Source of the DNA: a virus
DNA length: 64,000 nt
Direction: 5' to 3' (one strand)
IMG/VR virus record: IMGVR_UViG_3300028394_000001
Span: 1-64,000 of that record
Below the pieces are notes generated by a model. It had not been told where the DNA came from, did not search any database, and saw nothing but the letters and a program-made list of their open reading frames with translations. Every line of letters starts with the position of its first letter. The first letter of the stretch is position 1. Shown one piece after another: positions 32,499 to 41,882 of this stretch. The position numbers and the translations under genes are program-made.

Positions 32499-33744
32499 AC
32501 CTTTAGACAAACAATGGGAGCGGTGGCAAGCAAAAAATCCACCAACCAAAAATATTAATGTTGATTTACTGAAGCAAACTTTGATTGATGATTTGACCCG
32601 TGCATCACAGATGGATGTAAAAGAATATACACTCTTTCAGAAATGGACTGAAGTTAAAGAACGATATCCAGGTAAAGCAACACACAATCTTTTTGGTGAA
32701 CCTGATATTGATTGGGGTGATGATAAACAAGCTGCTATTATCAATAAAGTAAAAAATAATATTTGGGTACCAAAAAACGCAGACGACTATGAAAAATTAG
32801 AACCTCAAATGTATTTGGCCAATTCAAAACGAGTTGATGAGTGGAACGCAATTAGAACTTTTTCATCCACAATGAAAAACAATTCTAATATTGGCAGAAA
32901 TTTATACTATATCGTTAGAGACCTTGTGACTGAAAAGTATCTTGGCGTTGTTTGTATTTCTTCTGATTTTCTGGACCTTACACCTAGAGATTCTGCAATT
33001 GGATGGCCTAGAGACATTAAGACACAACAAAAAATGATTAATCATACAGCAATTGGTTCTACTATTGTTCCATTGCAACCTCTTGGTTATAATTATATGG
33101 GTGGCAAGTTGTTAGCTATTCTTTGTTTGTCAGATACTGTACAGAAAGATTGGAAAGAAAAATATGGAGACACTCTTGTTGGTGTTACTACAACGTCACT
33201 ATATGGAAAAACAAAAGCCAACGGGCTTTCTCAGTATGATGGTTTGGAACATTGGCAGAAAATGGGATTTTCTTCTGGATCAGTTGCGTTTGAGCCTTCA
33301 CGTTCTACTCGTAATATGGTATATCAATGGGTTAAAGAAACCGATCCAAGAAAATATTTCGAATGGTGGGAAGCAAAACAAGGAAAAGGACTTCCATTAA
33401 AACGTGACCACAAAAACCGTTCATTGAATTATGCGTATTCAAAATTGAATATTCCAAAAAATATGATTCGAACGGAACACCAACGTGGAATTTATTTTTC
33501 TCCTCTTTATGATAATACAAATGAATTCCTAAGAAAAGAAATTGATGATAATGACTTGATTAAATCCTTCGACACAAGTGTAAAAACTTTGACGGATATT
33601 TGGAAAACAAAGTATGCAAAAGGCCGTATTAGGCAACTACAGAAACAAAACAAGGTTTCATATGAAAGTCTTTTCTATGATGACCTAATCTATTTGACTT
33701 GGGAAGAAACCAAGGCAAAGTATCTGCCACAAGTTGGCAGGTAA
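32479..33744 (+). CDS. DUF4338 / DruA-like protein (paralog 1)
   Basis: IGRNL, IVPLQPLGYNYMGGKLLA, TTTSLYG, SQYDG. Confidence 0.7.
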   Translation: MAKKPIEPLDKQWERWQAKNPPTKNINVDLLKQTLIDDLTRASQMDVKEYTLFQKWTEVKERYPGKATHNLFGEPDIDWGDDKQAAIINKVKNNIWVPKNADDYEKLEPQMYLANSKRVDEWNAIRTFSSTMKNNSNIGRNLYYIVRDLVTEKYLGVVCISSDFLDLTPRDSAIGWPRDIKTQQKMINHTAIGSTIVPLQPLGYNYMGGKLLAILCLSDTVQKDWKEKYGDTLVGVTTTSLYGKTKANGLSQYDGLEHWQKMGFSSGSVAFEPSRSTRNMVYQWVKETDPRKYFEWWEAKQGKGLPLKRDHKNRSLNYAYSKLNIPKNMIRTEHQRGIYFSPLYDNTNEFLRKEIDDNDLIKSFDTSVKTLTDIWKTKYAKGRIRQLQKQNKVSYESLFYDDLIYLTWEETKAKYLPQVGR

Positions 33745-33766
33745 ATCAAGTATACCACAAATATGC

Positions 33767-33795
33767 TTGACAAACATCATATATAAATGTATGAT
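33767..33795 (+). promoter_or_regulatory. sigma70-type promoter
   Basis: TTGACA-17 nt-TATGAT. Confidence 0.8.
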
Positions 33796-33844
33796 GGTGA
33801 CACTCACGCAATGTGAGGTATTTTTTAATTATTGGAGTTATATT

Positions 33845-34114
33845 ATGGAAAAAGTTTCCGCAAAACAAAAAATCTTGACCGCACTTAAACAAACTGAGGG
33901 TTACAACACCTTTACTGTTAAGGCTGCACAACGCCGTTTCGGTATCAAGAATGTTTCCGCACGGATCGAAGAGCTTCGCAAAGAAGGTCATGTTATTTAC
34001 ACTAACACACGTTACACAGAAAGTGGCGAAAAAATCAGTTTCTATCGTCTTGGTTCACCAACCAAATCAATGGTTAGAGCTGCAATGAGCGCAGGTTACT
34101 CACTAACTGCTTAA
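33845..34114 (+). CDS. Small winged-HTH-like DNA-binding protein
   Basis: GGAG SD before ATG 33845; ARIEELRKEGHVIY. Confidence 0.65.
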   Translation: MEKVSAKQKILTALKQTEGYNTFTVKAAQRRFGIKNVSARIEELRKEGHVIYTNTRYTESGEKISFYRLGSPTKSMVRAAMSAGYSLTA

Positions 34115-34126
34115 TAAGCAAATCAT

Positions 34127-34153
34127 AAACCACTTCTCTGCGGAAGTGGTTTT
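34127..34153 (+). terminator. Intrinsic terminator
   Basis: AAACCACTTC-loop-GAAGTGGTTTT. Confidence 0.75.
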
Positions 34154-34174
34154 CCCTATTTTAATGGAGTTTAC

Positions 34175-34972
34175 ATGGAAATAAATATTAAAACTGAAGA
34201 GCTTCGCAAACTTAGCCTTTTTATAGCTACACCTATGTATGGTGGTATGAACCATGGTTTGTACATGAAGGCTTGTTTAGATTTACAAGGCCTCTGTATG
34301 CAATATGGAATTCAAGTAAAGTTCTCTTTCTTGTTCAATGAATCTTTGATTACAAGGGCAAGAAATTATTTGGTGGATGAATTTTTGAATCGGTCAGAAT
34401 GCACACACATGCTGTTTATTGATTCTGATATTAATTTTAATCCCCAAGATGTTATCGCATTGTTAGCACTCGACAAAGATGTTATTGGTGGTCCTTATCC
34501 TAAGAAAGCCATCAAATGGAGAGCAGTCAAGAAAGCTCTTGAACGAAACCCAACACTTGAACCACAAGAACTGGAAAAAGTTGCAGGTGATTTCGTTTTC
34601 AATCCTGTTAAAGGAACTCAGCAATTCTCTGTACATGAACCTCTAGAAGTATTGGAAATTGGTACAGGTTTTATGATGATTAAACGTGAAGTATTTCCCA
34701 AATTCGCTGCACAGTATCCACAACTCAAATACAAACCTGACCATGTAGGCCAGGCAAACTTTGATGGTTCACGATACATTCATGCATATTTTGATACCGT
34801 AATCGACAAAGATTCTGAGCGTTATCTGTCGGAAGATTATATGTTCTGTCAGTGGTGGAGAAACATGGGCGGTTCAATTTGGTTGTGTCCTTGGATGCGT
34901 ACACAACACATCGGCACTTATCATTTTCATGGAGATATGCCAGCTGTTGCTAATTATGTTGGAGAAATGTAA
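34175..34972 (+). CDS. GT-A fold glycosyltransferase-like protein
   Basis: ATPMYGG, ESLITRARN, FIDSD, YLSEDY. Confidence 0.75.
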   Translation: MEINIKTEELRKLSLFIATPMYGGMNHGLYMKACLDLQGLCMQYGIQVKFSFLFNESLITRARNYLVDEFLNRSECTHMLFIDSDINFNPQDVIALLALDKDVIGGPYPKKAIKWRAVKKALERNPTLEPQELEKVAGDFVFNPVKGTQQFSVHEPLEVLEIGTGFMMIKREVFPKFAAQYPQLKYKPDHVGQANFDGSRYIHAYFDTVIDKDSERYLSEDYMFCQWWRNMGGSIWLCPWMRTQHIGTYHFHGDMPAVANYVGEM

Positions 34973-35316
34973 TGCCTAAATTAGTTTACGAAATTGGTCG
35001 TAAATATGATGCTGAAAAATTAGAATACGGTTTACTGCCGCCTTTAGCATTAGAAGAAACTGTTAGAGTTTTAACATTTGGTGCTAAAAAATATGAGCGT
35101 GATAATTGGAAAAAAGTACCTGATTCAAAACGCAGGTACTTTGATGCACTAGAAAGACATGTGTGGGCATGGAAGAAGGGTGAAATTATGGACCCTGAAT
35201 CTGGCATACATCACTTGGCACATGCAATGTGCTGCTTGATGTTTCTATATGAACATGATATAATGTATTCTAATGAAAATTTTGTAATGGAGAAAAAAGA
35301 TGAAACTATCAAATGA
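34972..35316 (+). CDS. dATP/dGTP diphosphohydrolase-like (DUF5664 type)
   Basis: KYDAEK, FGAKKY, NWKK, DPESGIHHLAHA. Confidence 0.8.
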   Translation: MPKLVYEIGRKYDAEKLEYGLLPPLALEETVRVLTFGAKKYERDNWKKVPDSKRRYFDALERHVWAWKKGEIMDPESGIHHLAHAMCCLMFLYEHDIMYSNENFVMEKKDETIK

Positions 35317-35965
35317 AACCCTAAATGTATTGAAGAATTTCTCATCAATCAATCAGGGTATTGAATTTAAAAAAGGTAATAAACTTACCACAATTTCCGC
35401 AGGTAAATCTATACTTGCACAAGCAACTTTGAAAGATGATATTCCAGAAGATTTCTGTGTATATGATTTGAATCAATTTTTATCTGCATATTCTTTGTTT
35501 AAAGACACAGAATTAAAATTTGATTCCGCAAATGTTATTTTTGATGGAGGCCGCCGTAAGACTAAGTTTCGTAAAGCTGCAAAGGAAATGATTGTCACTC
35601 CTCCTAATAAAGAAATTAAATTAGATGAAGTTGATTGCTCGTTCACTCTAACCTCTGATGATTATGCTGATATCCTGAAAACAGCTTCTGTGTTATCTTC
35701 TCCAAATGTTACCTTGCAATCAGACGGAGAGTCGGTTGAATTGGTTGCTTTTGATGCAAAAGACGATTCACAACATAACAGTTCTATTAGTGTTGGTGCC
35801 GGCAACGGTAAATCATACAGGATTGTTTTTAAAGTTGAAAACTTAAAAATGGTTCCTGGTGAATACGAAGTGCAAATCTCTTTCAAAGGATTCGCACATT
35901 TTAAAAATACAAAAGAAGACATTCAATACTGGGTCGCTTTTGAAAAGAATGAAAGTGTGATGTAA
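35300..35965 (+). CDS. gp45: Sliding clamp
   Basis: MKLSNETLNVLKNFSSIN, YDLNQFL. Confidence 0.95.
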   Translation: MKLSNETLNVLKNFSSINQGIEFKKGNKLTTISAGKSILAQATLKDDIPEDFCVYDLNQFLSAYSLFKDTELKFDSANVIFDGGRRKTKFRKAAKEMIVTPPNKEIKLDEVDCSFTLTSDDYADILKTASVLSSPNVTLQSDGESVELVAFDAKDDSQHNSSISVGAGNGKSYRIVFKVENLKMVPGEYEVQISFKGFAHFKNTKEDIQYWVAFEKNESVM

Positions 35966-36156
35966 TGTTAATTCCATTTCTAGATGCTGAAACAGAAGGC
36001 ACAATTTTTGTAAATCCAAAACAAATTTCTGTTGTATTTGAAGGTAAAAATCCTGAAGGTATCCAATTAACTATGATTAATCTTTTGAACGGTAATGTTG
36101 CAACAAGAGAACCTTTGTTGGACGTTGTTGGTAAACTACAAGCGGAGCTAAAATGA
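35965..36156 (+). CDS. Hypothetical protein
   Basis: Overlapping start/stop codons with both neighbours. Confidence 0.6.
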   Translation: MLIPFLDAETEGTIFVNPKQISVVFEGKNPEGIQLTMINLLNGNVATREPLLDVVGKLQAELK

Positions 36157-36428
36157 CTACAGTAAATACACTATTTGGTACATTCGATGAGAAACAACTA
36201 AAGAGCCTGAGGGGTTATATTGAGGAGATTGTTACATGTATGAACAGAACAAGATCCAATAATGAATCTATTTCCGACATGATTGATTTGGCTCACGATG
36301 AACTTAATCTTCCAAAAAAGATTATTCGTAAAATTGCCGTATACGAATTCAAACAGTCACTATCAACCGACTTTGCCGAATTCAAAGAAGTTGAGGCTCT
36401 AATTGAAGGTATCAAGGAAGCTAAATGA
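36153..36428 (+). CDS. T4 DsbA-like dsDNA-binding protein
   Basis: Size, LPKKIIRKIA motif, replication-cluster context. Confidence 0.55.
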   Translation: MTTVNTLFGTFDEKQLKSLRGYIEEIVTCMNRTRSNNESISDMIDLAHDELNLPKKIIRKIAVYEFKQSLSTDFAEFKEVEALIEGIKEAK

Positions 36429-36760
36429 CACCTACCGGTCGTAGAAGTTTTGCAAAATCATTAGGCCTTTTAGGCCTTTTTGCGGTTGGTGTAGAAGGAT
36501 ATAACCAAGTGACGGAACGAATTGTCTACAAAGATGACAAGATTGCTTCTGATGAAATGTCCAAAAAACTTGACGATGGTTATCATCTTTCTTTTACCGC
36601 CAAATACGGTGAAGTTGATAATAATCTATACTCACGTTATTCTCTTTATACTGGTACAAAATATGTTCCTGGGACAGAAAAAGATGTTACTATACATTTG
36701 AAACCTGGACCAGATGGTAAACTTTACGTCAAGGAGGGTGACATTTGGCGTAAAGTGTGA
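36425..36760 (+). CDS. Hypothetical protein with a twin-arginine-like signal
   Basis: GRRSFAKSLGLLGL N-terminus. Confidence 0.55.
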   Translation: MTPTGRRSFAKSLGLLGLFAVGVEGYNQVTERIVYKDDKIASDEMSKKLDDGYHLSFTAKYGEVDNNLYSRYSLYTGTKYVPGTEKDVTIHLKPGPDGKLYVKEGDIWRKV

Positions 36761-36793
36761 TACAATGAATTTTTTATATTATGGAGTCTTTGA

Positions 36794-37726
36794 ATGACTG
36801 AACACATGTTATGGGTTGAGAAGTATCGCCCAAAAACTATTGGAGATTGTATTCTCCCGGAATCACTGAAAGCGACATTTCAGGAATTCGTGAATCGTAA
36901 AGAGATACCTAATCTCTTATTGTCTGGCACCGCCGGTGTCGGTAAAACTACTGTTGCTCGAGCGTTATGTTTGGAAGTTGGTTGTGATTATATCATAATT
37001 AACGGTTCTGATGAAAATGGCGTTGATACTATCCGCGTTAAGATTAAAAATTATGCTTCTTCTGTGTCACTTATGGGTGGCAGAAAAGTAATCATTATAG
37101 ATGAATCGGACTATCTTACACCGAATGCACAAGCAATCCTTCGTGCATCCATTGAAGAATTTGCATCTAATTGTTCTTTCATCTTCACTTGTAACTTTAA
37201 GAATAGGATTATTGATCCAATTCATTCTCGTTGCACATGTATTGACTTCAAGTTGAATGGTTCTAAAGCCACTATGGCTTCTAGGTTCTTCAAACGGGTT
37301 GAGAGCATTCTTTTACTTGAACATGTAAAATATGATAAAGAAGTTGTTGCTGCACTAATCACAAAACATTTTCCAGATAATCGTCGGATTCTAAATGAAT
37401 TACAGAGATTTTCTGTTTCTGGTGTTATCGATAAAGGTGTTTTAGGTTCAGTTGCTGATATTGAAATTACTGGTCTAATCAAATCACTCAAATCAAAAGA
37501 TTTTGCAGGAGCACGAAAGTGGGTTACACAAAATATAGACAATGATGCAACAAAAATATATCGAAAACTTTATGATAGTCTGTATGAGCTGTTGCAACCA
37601 AATTCTGTTCCACAATTGGTTCTACATCTAGCTAAGTACCAGTACCAGGCTGCTTTCGTTGCAGACCATGAAATTAATATGATTGCCTGCCTGACTGAAA
37701 TTATGGTTGACTGTGAGTTTAAATGA
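36794..37726 (+). CDS. gp44: Clamp loader large subunit
   Basis: WVEKYRP, GTAGVGKTT, HSRC. Confidence 0.96.
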   Translation: MTEHMLWVEKYRPKTIGDCILPESLKATFQEFVNRKEIPNLLLSGTAGVGKTTVARALCLEVGCDYIIINGSDENGVDTIRVKIKNYASSVSLMGGRKVIIIDESDYLTPNAQAILRASIEEFASNCSFIFTCNFKNRIIDPIHSRCTCIDFKLNGSKATMASRFFKRVESILLLEHVKYDKEVVAALITKHFPDNRRILNELQRFSVSGVIDKGVLGSVADIEITGLIKSLKSKDFAGARKWVTQNIDNDATKIYRKLYDSLYELLQPNSVPQLVLHLAKYQYQAAFVADHEINMIACLTEIMVDCEFK

Positions 37727-38325
37727 TTTACACTAATGAAAATATGAAACTCTTTTGGACAACAAAAGACAATGTTTACAACCTTACAAAAGGACTTACT
37801 AGTGTTGTTTATGCTTTTTGCTGGGCAAATTCAGTTCCAACGGAACATGAATGGCCTTTTATGTTAAAAGAAACTTTCTATTTTGGTATGGCTGGTGGGT
37901 TAAGAGATAATTATATTGGAGATAGAAAAGAACCACATAGAGTACCTGTATTGACTACTGCACCGCATCAACGGATGAAAACTCATTTGTCTAAGTTTAA
38001 TGATAAGTATGGTAATTTTGGCCAAGAAAAGAGAAAGTATGAATTGTATCATAATTTATTTTCGGAAGATTTTATCAGCAAAAAGACTTTATGCATTGCT
38101 CTCTTGGTACCAAAATCACATGTGGCATCTATTGGCATGAGAAATTTATTGTCTTTGGTGGAAAGTGAACAGATATATCAATATCAAAAAATGTTTGGCC
38201 AACTTCCAGCATTGAATCTCGCAGAAGCTGATAATCTAAGTGATTCTAGAAAAGATGAAAAATCCATTTCTCAAACCTTCGTACAGAATCTGAAGAAACA
38301 AGATTTAACTCAGTGGATGAATTGA
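37723..38325 (+). CDS. Hypothetical protein, possibly a GIY-YIG-like nuclease
   Basis: VVYAF...FYFGMA...RMKTH...E...PALN spacing. Confidence 0.45.
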   Translation: MIYTNENMKLFWTTKDNVYNLTKGLTSVVYAFCWANSVPTEHEWPFMLKETFYFGMAGGLRDNYIGDRKEPHRVPVLTTAPHQRMKTHLSKFNDKYGNFGQEKRKYELYHNLFSEDFISKKTLCIALLVPKSHVASIGMRNLLSLVESEQIYQYQKMFGQLPALNLAEADNLSDSRKDEKSISQTFVQNLKKQDLTQWMN

Positions 38326-38326
38326 T

Positions 38327-38734
38327 ATGCCAGATTTATTTAAAGAGATTATACCGTCTATTCTCCAAACAAAAAAGAATGTTTTTGAAGGTGAATATTA
38401 TGAAGATTACAAACCTTTTCTTATTAACCGCTCTCTGTCCTATCACATGGACTGTGTACTGTATGCCAATGAAATGAACATCAATTCCAGTATTGATAAA
38501 GACATGCAATACCAGTATCTTCTAAATACTATTAGACCCATGAAACGGAAATTTCAACCGTGGCAAAAAACAGAGGTTTTGAAAGATTTGGAATGCGTGA
38601 AAATACATTTTGGTTATTCAAATGAAAAGGCCAAAGAAGCCCTCCGCATACTTAATGAAGACCAAATCGCTGAAATAAGAGCAAAAACAAATAAAGGCGG
38701 AATTAATAATGATAGGAATACAGGACTTAGTTGA
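38327..38734 (+). CDS. gp62: Clamp loader small subunit
   Basis: YKPFLINRSLS, GYSNEKAKEAL. Confidence 0.93.
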   Translation: MPDLFKEIIPSILQTKKNVFEGEYYEDYKPFLINRSLSYHMDCVLYANEMNINSSIDKDMQYQYLLNTIRPMKRKFQPWQKTEVLKDLECVKIHFGYSNEKAKEALRILNEDQIAEIRAKTNKGGINNDRNTGLS

Positions 38735-39113
38735 AGTAACTTTAACACAACCAGACGATTTTCTAAAAGTAAGAGAGACATTGACCAGAATTGGTGTTGC
38801 TTCGAAGAAGGACAAAACTTTATTCCAGTCTTGCCATATCTTACATAAACAAGGCAAATACTATATTGTACACTTTAAAGAATTGTTTGCACTTGACGGG
38901 AAACCGACAGATTTATCTGAAAATGATTTATCCCGTAGGAACGCCATTGCACTCCTATTAGAAGATTGGGGTTTAGTCAAGATTGTTAATGAAGCACAAG
39001 TACAACAACCTGAACCAATTTTTATTTCGCAAATCAAAATATTGTCACACAAAGAGAAGAATGAATGGCAATTAACACCTAAGTATAACATAGGCACTAA
39101 AAAGAAAATATAA
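38709..39113 (+). CDS. regA: Translational repressor
   Basis: DFLKVRETLTRIGVAS, CHILHKQGKYYIVHFKELF. Confidence 0.97.
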   Translation: MIGIQDLVEVTLTQPDDFLKVRETLTRIGVASKKDKTLFQSCHILHKQGKYYIVHFKELFALDGKPTDLSENDLSRRNAIALLLEDWGLVKIVNEAQVQQPEPIFISQIKILSHKEKNEWQLTPKYNIGTKKKI

Positions 39114-39505
39114 TGTCATATTCAAGCAAGGTTATAGACCATTACGAAAATCCAAGAAATGTTGGAAAATTTGTAGTTGATGATTCCATAGGAACAGGAA
39201 TGGTAGGCGCTCCTGCGTGTGGAGATGTGATGAAACTACAAATAAAAGTGGAAGATGGAATAATTACCGATGCTAAATTTAAAACATATGGATGCGGATC
39301 GGCGATTGCAAGCAGTAGTCTCGTCACTGAGATGGTTAAGGGACTCACTCTGGCACAAGCCGGAGAAATCAAAAATAATAGAATTGCGGCTGAGCTCGCC
39401 CTCCCTCCTGTCAAAATTCATTGCTCTATCCTTGCAGAAGATGCGGTCAGAGCAGCCATTAACGACTATCAAGGAAAACATGATAAACTTAACTGCCAGT
39501 GCTAA
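39113..39505 (+). CDS. iscU: Fe-S cluster scaffold
   Basis: DHYENPRNVG, APACGD, YGCGSAIASSS, LPPVKIHC. Confidence 0.96.
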   Translation: MSYSSKVIDHYENPRNVGKFVVDDSIGTGMVGAPACGDVMKLQIKVEDGIITDAKFKTYGCGSAIASSSLVTEMVKGLTLAQAGEIKNNRIAAELALPPVKIHCSILAEDAVRAAINDYQGKHDKLNCQC

Positions 39506-39791
39506 AGAACAAATAACAGAAATTCTTATGGATGAAGATGCTTCTTATGTGAGAGCTTTCATTTCAGGTGGTGGTTGTTCTGGTTTCAATTACGGTTTTA
39601 CTTTAGAAAGCCAAAAAGAAGAAGATGATATTTTGGTTGAAGACAATTTTATAATTGATGCACTAAGCATGCAACATTTTCTTGGTGCCACAATAGATTA
39701 TACAAGAGACAAATTAAAAGGTTCACAATTTGTTATAAAAAATCCAAATGCGAAAACAACTTGTGGTTGTGGAAGTAGTTTCAGCGTATAA
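39480..39791 (+). CDS. erpA: A-type Fe-S carrier (ErpA/IscA)
   Basis: GGGCSGFNYGF, NPNAKTTCGCGSSF; AAGGA SD before ATG 39480. Confidence 0.88.
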   Translation: MINLTASAKEQITEILMDEDASYVRAFISGGGCSGFNYGFTLESQKEEDDILVEDNFIIDALSMQHFLGATIDYTRDKLKGSQFVIKNPNAKTTCGCGSSFSV

Positions 39792-39794
39792 ATA
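39787..39794 (+). promoter_or_regulatory. T4-type late promoter
   Basis: TATAAATA. Confidence 0.75.
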
Positions 39795-39798
39795 TAAC

Positions 39799-39917
39799 AC
39801 AGGCCCACCTTAGGGCTGTTTGATGCTACGGTAAAAGGCGTCCGGGCAATTGCACTGTCACCCGTTAGTTGGCCCTGTATTAAGTAAGCAGGATTATCGT
39901 TACGCCTTCGGGGTAAC
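39799..39917 (+). ncRNA. Structured leader RNA of unknown family
   Basis: GC-rich successive hairpins in an intergenic gap. Confidence 0.5.
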
Positions 39918-39927
39918 AAATTATTAA

Positions 39928-39943
39928 CTCGCTTTTAAAGGAG
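39928..39943 (+). promoter_or_regulatory. ROSE-like RNA thermometer hairpin
   Basis: CTCGCTT pairs with the AAGGAG SD with a bulged G (UCGCU motif); heads the Hsp20 operon. Confidence 0.6.
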
Positions 39944-39949
39944 CAAAAA

Positions 39950-40153
39950 ATGCTATCATATGCAAATATGGCTATTGACGCCATTCAATCCGGTAAATCT
40001 TCTTGGGTCAACACATTCATTAAAAACGAAAGTGTCAGCAAACCTATGCAAGAATTCATTACAGCACAATCCGCATACACCAAACAAGTCTGTAAGACTC
40101 TTTGGGAATTATCTGGTTCAGTTGCTGGTGATGTTTTTAAATCTAAGAAGTAA
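39950..40153 (+). CDS. Small phasin-like protein
   Basis: Strong SD; amphipathic helical sequence. Confidence 0.5.
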   Translation: MLSYANMAIDAIQSGKSSWVNTFIKNESVSKPMQEFITAQSAYTKQVCKTLWELSGSVAGDVFKSKK

Positions 40154-40163
40154 GGAGAATATT

Positions 40164-40613
40164 ATGACATATATTAAAGATGTATTTGGTAATGACCTTT
40201 TTGGTAAACTTCAACCTTTCACAATCGGCTTTGACGAAACAATGGATATGTTGCGTAAAACTGCCGAACAAACACAAAAGGCTGTTGGTTATCCGCCATA
40301 TAACATCAAGCAAGTAAAAGAAAACAAGTACGTCATTGAAATGGCAGTTGCTGGTTTTGCTAAAACTGACCTTGAGATTACTATGGACGGAAACAAGCTT
40401 CTAGTCAAAGGTTCAACCAAAGATGAAGAAGGTGAACAATTCCTATACAAAGGTATTGCAAACCGTGGATTTGAACGTGCTTTTACTTTGAATGACAAAG
40501 TTGAAATCAAAGATGCAGAACTGGTAAACGGTATGCTTAAAATTTGGTTGGAAAACATCGTCAAGGCTCAAGATGCCATTAAGAAAATTGGCATCAAGGA
40601 CAAATCAGAATGA
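40164..40613 (+). CDS. Small heat-shock protein Hsp20 (IbpA-like)
   Basis: YPPYNI, MAVAGF, YKGIANRGFERAF, NGML; AAGGAG SD before ATG 40164. Confidence 0.93.
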   Translation: MTYIKDVFGNDLFGKLQPFTIGFDETMDMLRKTAEQTQKAVGYPPYNIKQVKENKYVIEMAVAGFAKTDLEITMDGNKLLVKGSTKDEEGEQFLYKGIANRGFERAFTLNDKVEIKDAELVNGMLKIWLENIVKAQDAIKKIGIKDKSE

Positions 40614-40780
40614 AAACCATTTTCAAATTTATCCAAGAAAAAATCCAAGAACTAAACCATTTACAAAATTATGGAAATGCTCTAGAGCAATACATTCTTG
40701 CAAATAATCCAACAAGTATCCACGATGTGGAAAAGTTGGAAAGACAATTTGACAAGAGAAATTCCATAAAAAATTGGTAA
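40610..40780 (+). CDS. 56-aa DUF3563-like protein (absent from the ORF track)
   Basis: ATGA overlap with hsp20; LEQYILANNPTSIHDVEKLERQFD. Confidence 0.55.
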   Translation: MKTIFKFIQEKIQELNHLQNYGNALEQYILANNPTSIHDVEKLERQFDKRNSIKNW

Positions 40781-40789
40781 TCTAGGACG

Positions 40790-40824
40790 GGGGGCTTGAC
40801 AAAGCCCCCTCTTTATGTTATACT
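40790..40824 (+). promoter_or_regulatory. sigma70-type promoter whose -35 lies in the loop of a terminator-like hairpin
   Basis: GGGGGC-TTGACAAA-GCCCCC-TCTTT; TTGACA-17 nt-TATACT. Confidence 0.75.
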
Positions 40825-40833
40825 GCGTTCATT

Positions 40834-41037
40834 ATGAAAAATCTTGAACAAAAACCAATCAAATTGCGTAATAAATTGAACCCGACGGAGTTCTATTGGA
40901 CATACTCGACCTGGGGTGTTGAACAGATTGACGGGGTAGATTTTTTACCTGTAACCAAATTCGAACCTTCGGATAAAAGAAATCATCAATTATATCGGAT
41001 TCGTAAAGATTCCTTGGAGAAAGTGAAAAATGGCTGA
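40834..41037 (+). CDS. Hypothetical protein
   Basis: ORF just downstream of the promoter. Confidence 0.6.
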   Translation: MKNLEQKPIKLRNKLNPTEFYWTYSTWGVEQIDGVDFLPVTKFEPSDKRNHQLYRIRKDSLEKVKNG

Positions 41038-41371
41038 TAAGAAACTCTATATTGTCGAAACTATTTCTATGTTTCGTATGCGTTATGTCGTGGAAGCTAA
41101 TGAATCTGAACATGCAGCAGATGAAGTTGTGTTTGGACTAGGTAATAGTGAATTGAAAGAATTCTCACAACACCATGTGGATGAGGTAATCACAAGCACC
41201 CGTGAAATCTCGCAAGAAGAATATGTGAAATTGTTTGATGTAGATAATGATTATTTGAAAGAATGGACTGTTGTACAAAAACTTGACTTTGTAAACAAAA
41301 TTGATTACGATAAAAACGACCGCAACGAGATTGGTGATCCACTCTTTGAACCGTTTGGTTCAACATCGTAA
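41030..41371 (+). CDS. Hypothetical acidic protein
   Basis: Overlaps the previous ORF. Confidence 0.65.
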   Translation: MADKKLYIVETISMFRMRYVVEANESEHAADEVVFGLGNSELKEFSQHHVDEVITSTREISQEEYVKLFDVDNDYLKEWTVVQKLDFVNKIDYDKNDRNEIGDPLFEPFGSTS

Positions 41372-41383
41372 TAAATAAAACTC

Positions 41384-41458
41384 CTGGCGGTAGTTCAATG
41401 GACAGAACAGTAGCCTTCTAAGCTATCAATCCAGGTTCGATTCCTGGTCGCCGGACCA
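41384..41458 (+). tRNA. tRNA-Arg(TCT)
   Basis: Cloverleaf; loop CTTCTAA; CCA. Confidence 0.93.
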
Positions 41459-41464
41459 GATAAA

Positions 41465-41539
41465 GCGCCAATAGCTTAATGGTAAAGCGTTCGACTCATA
41501 ATCGACTGAGTGTAGGTTCAATTCCTACTTGGCGCACCA
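41465..41539 (+). tRNA. tRNA-CAT (Ile2 or elongator Met)
   Basis: Cloverleaf; loop CTCATAA; CCA. Confidence 0.88.
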
Positions 41540-41557
41540 ACCTATCAAGGAGATAGC

Positions 41558-41878
41558 ATGAAGAAGATGGTAACGGGACTTTTATTATGTGTGACTGTTG
41601 CCATTAGTCATGGCCAAGATGCTGGTTTGGATAATATCAAATTTATAGATGCAAAGAAACCAATTAAATGTGCAGAAACAAAAGCACTTTTAATGGGACT
41701 AGAAAAAATATACGGAGAGAAAATACTTCGGGTTGCACCAAACGATTTGGCAATAGATGGGAAACCTACACAGATAGCGTTTCTAGAAAATGTAAAAACA
41801 AAATCATGGACAGTAATAGAATATGATGCAAAATATGCATGTGTCCTAGGTTCAGGAGAATACCCGGAAGTATATTAA
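41558..41878 (+). CDS. Secreted/periplasmic hypothetical protein
   Basis: Signal peptide; AAGGAG SD. Confidence 0.65.
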   Translation: MKKMVTGLLLCVTVAISHGQDAGLDNIKFIDAKKPIKCAETKALLMGLEKIYGEKILRVAPNDLAIDGKPTQIAFLENVKTKSWTVIEYDAKYACVLGSGEYPEVY

Positions 41879-41882
41879 TAAG

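Noticed and set aside
39270-40163. Long N-terminal extensions of ErpA (from 39270) and Hsp20 (from 39960)
   Set aside because: They overlap other genes; SD-supported starts are at 39480 and 40164.
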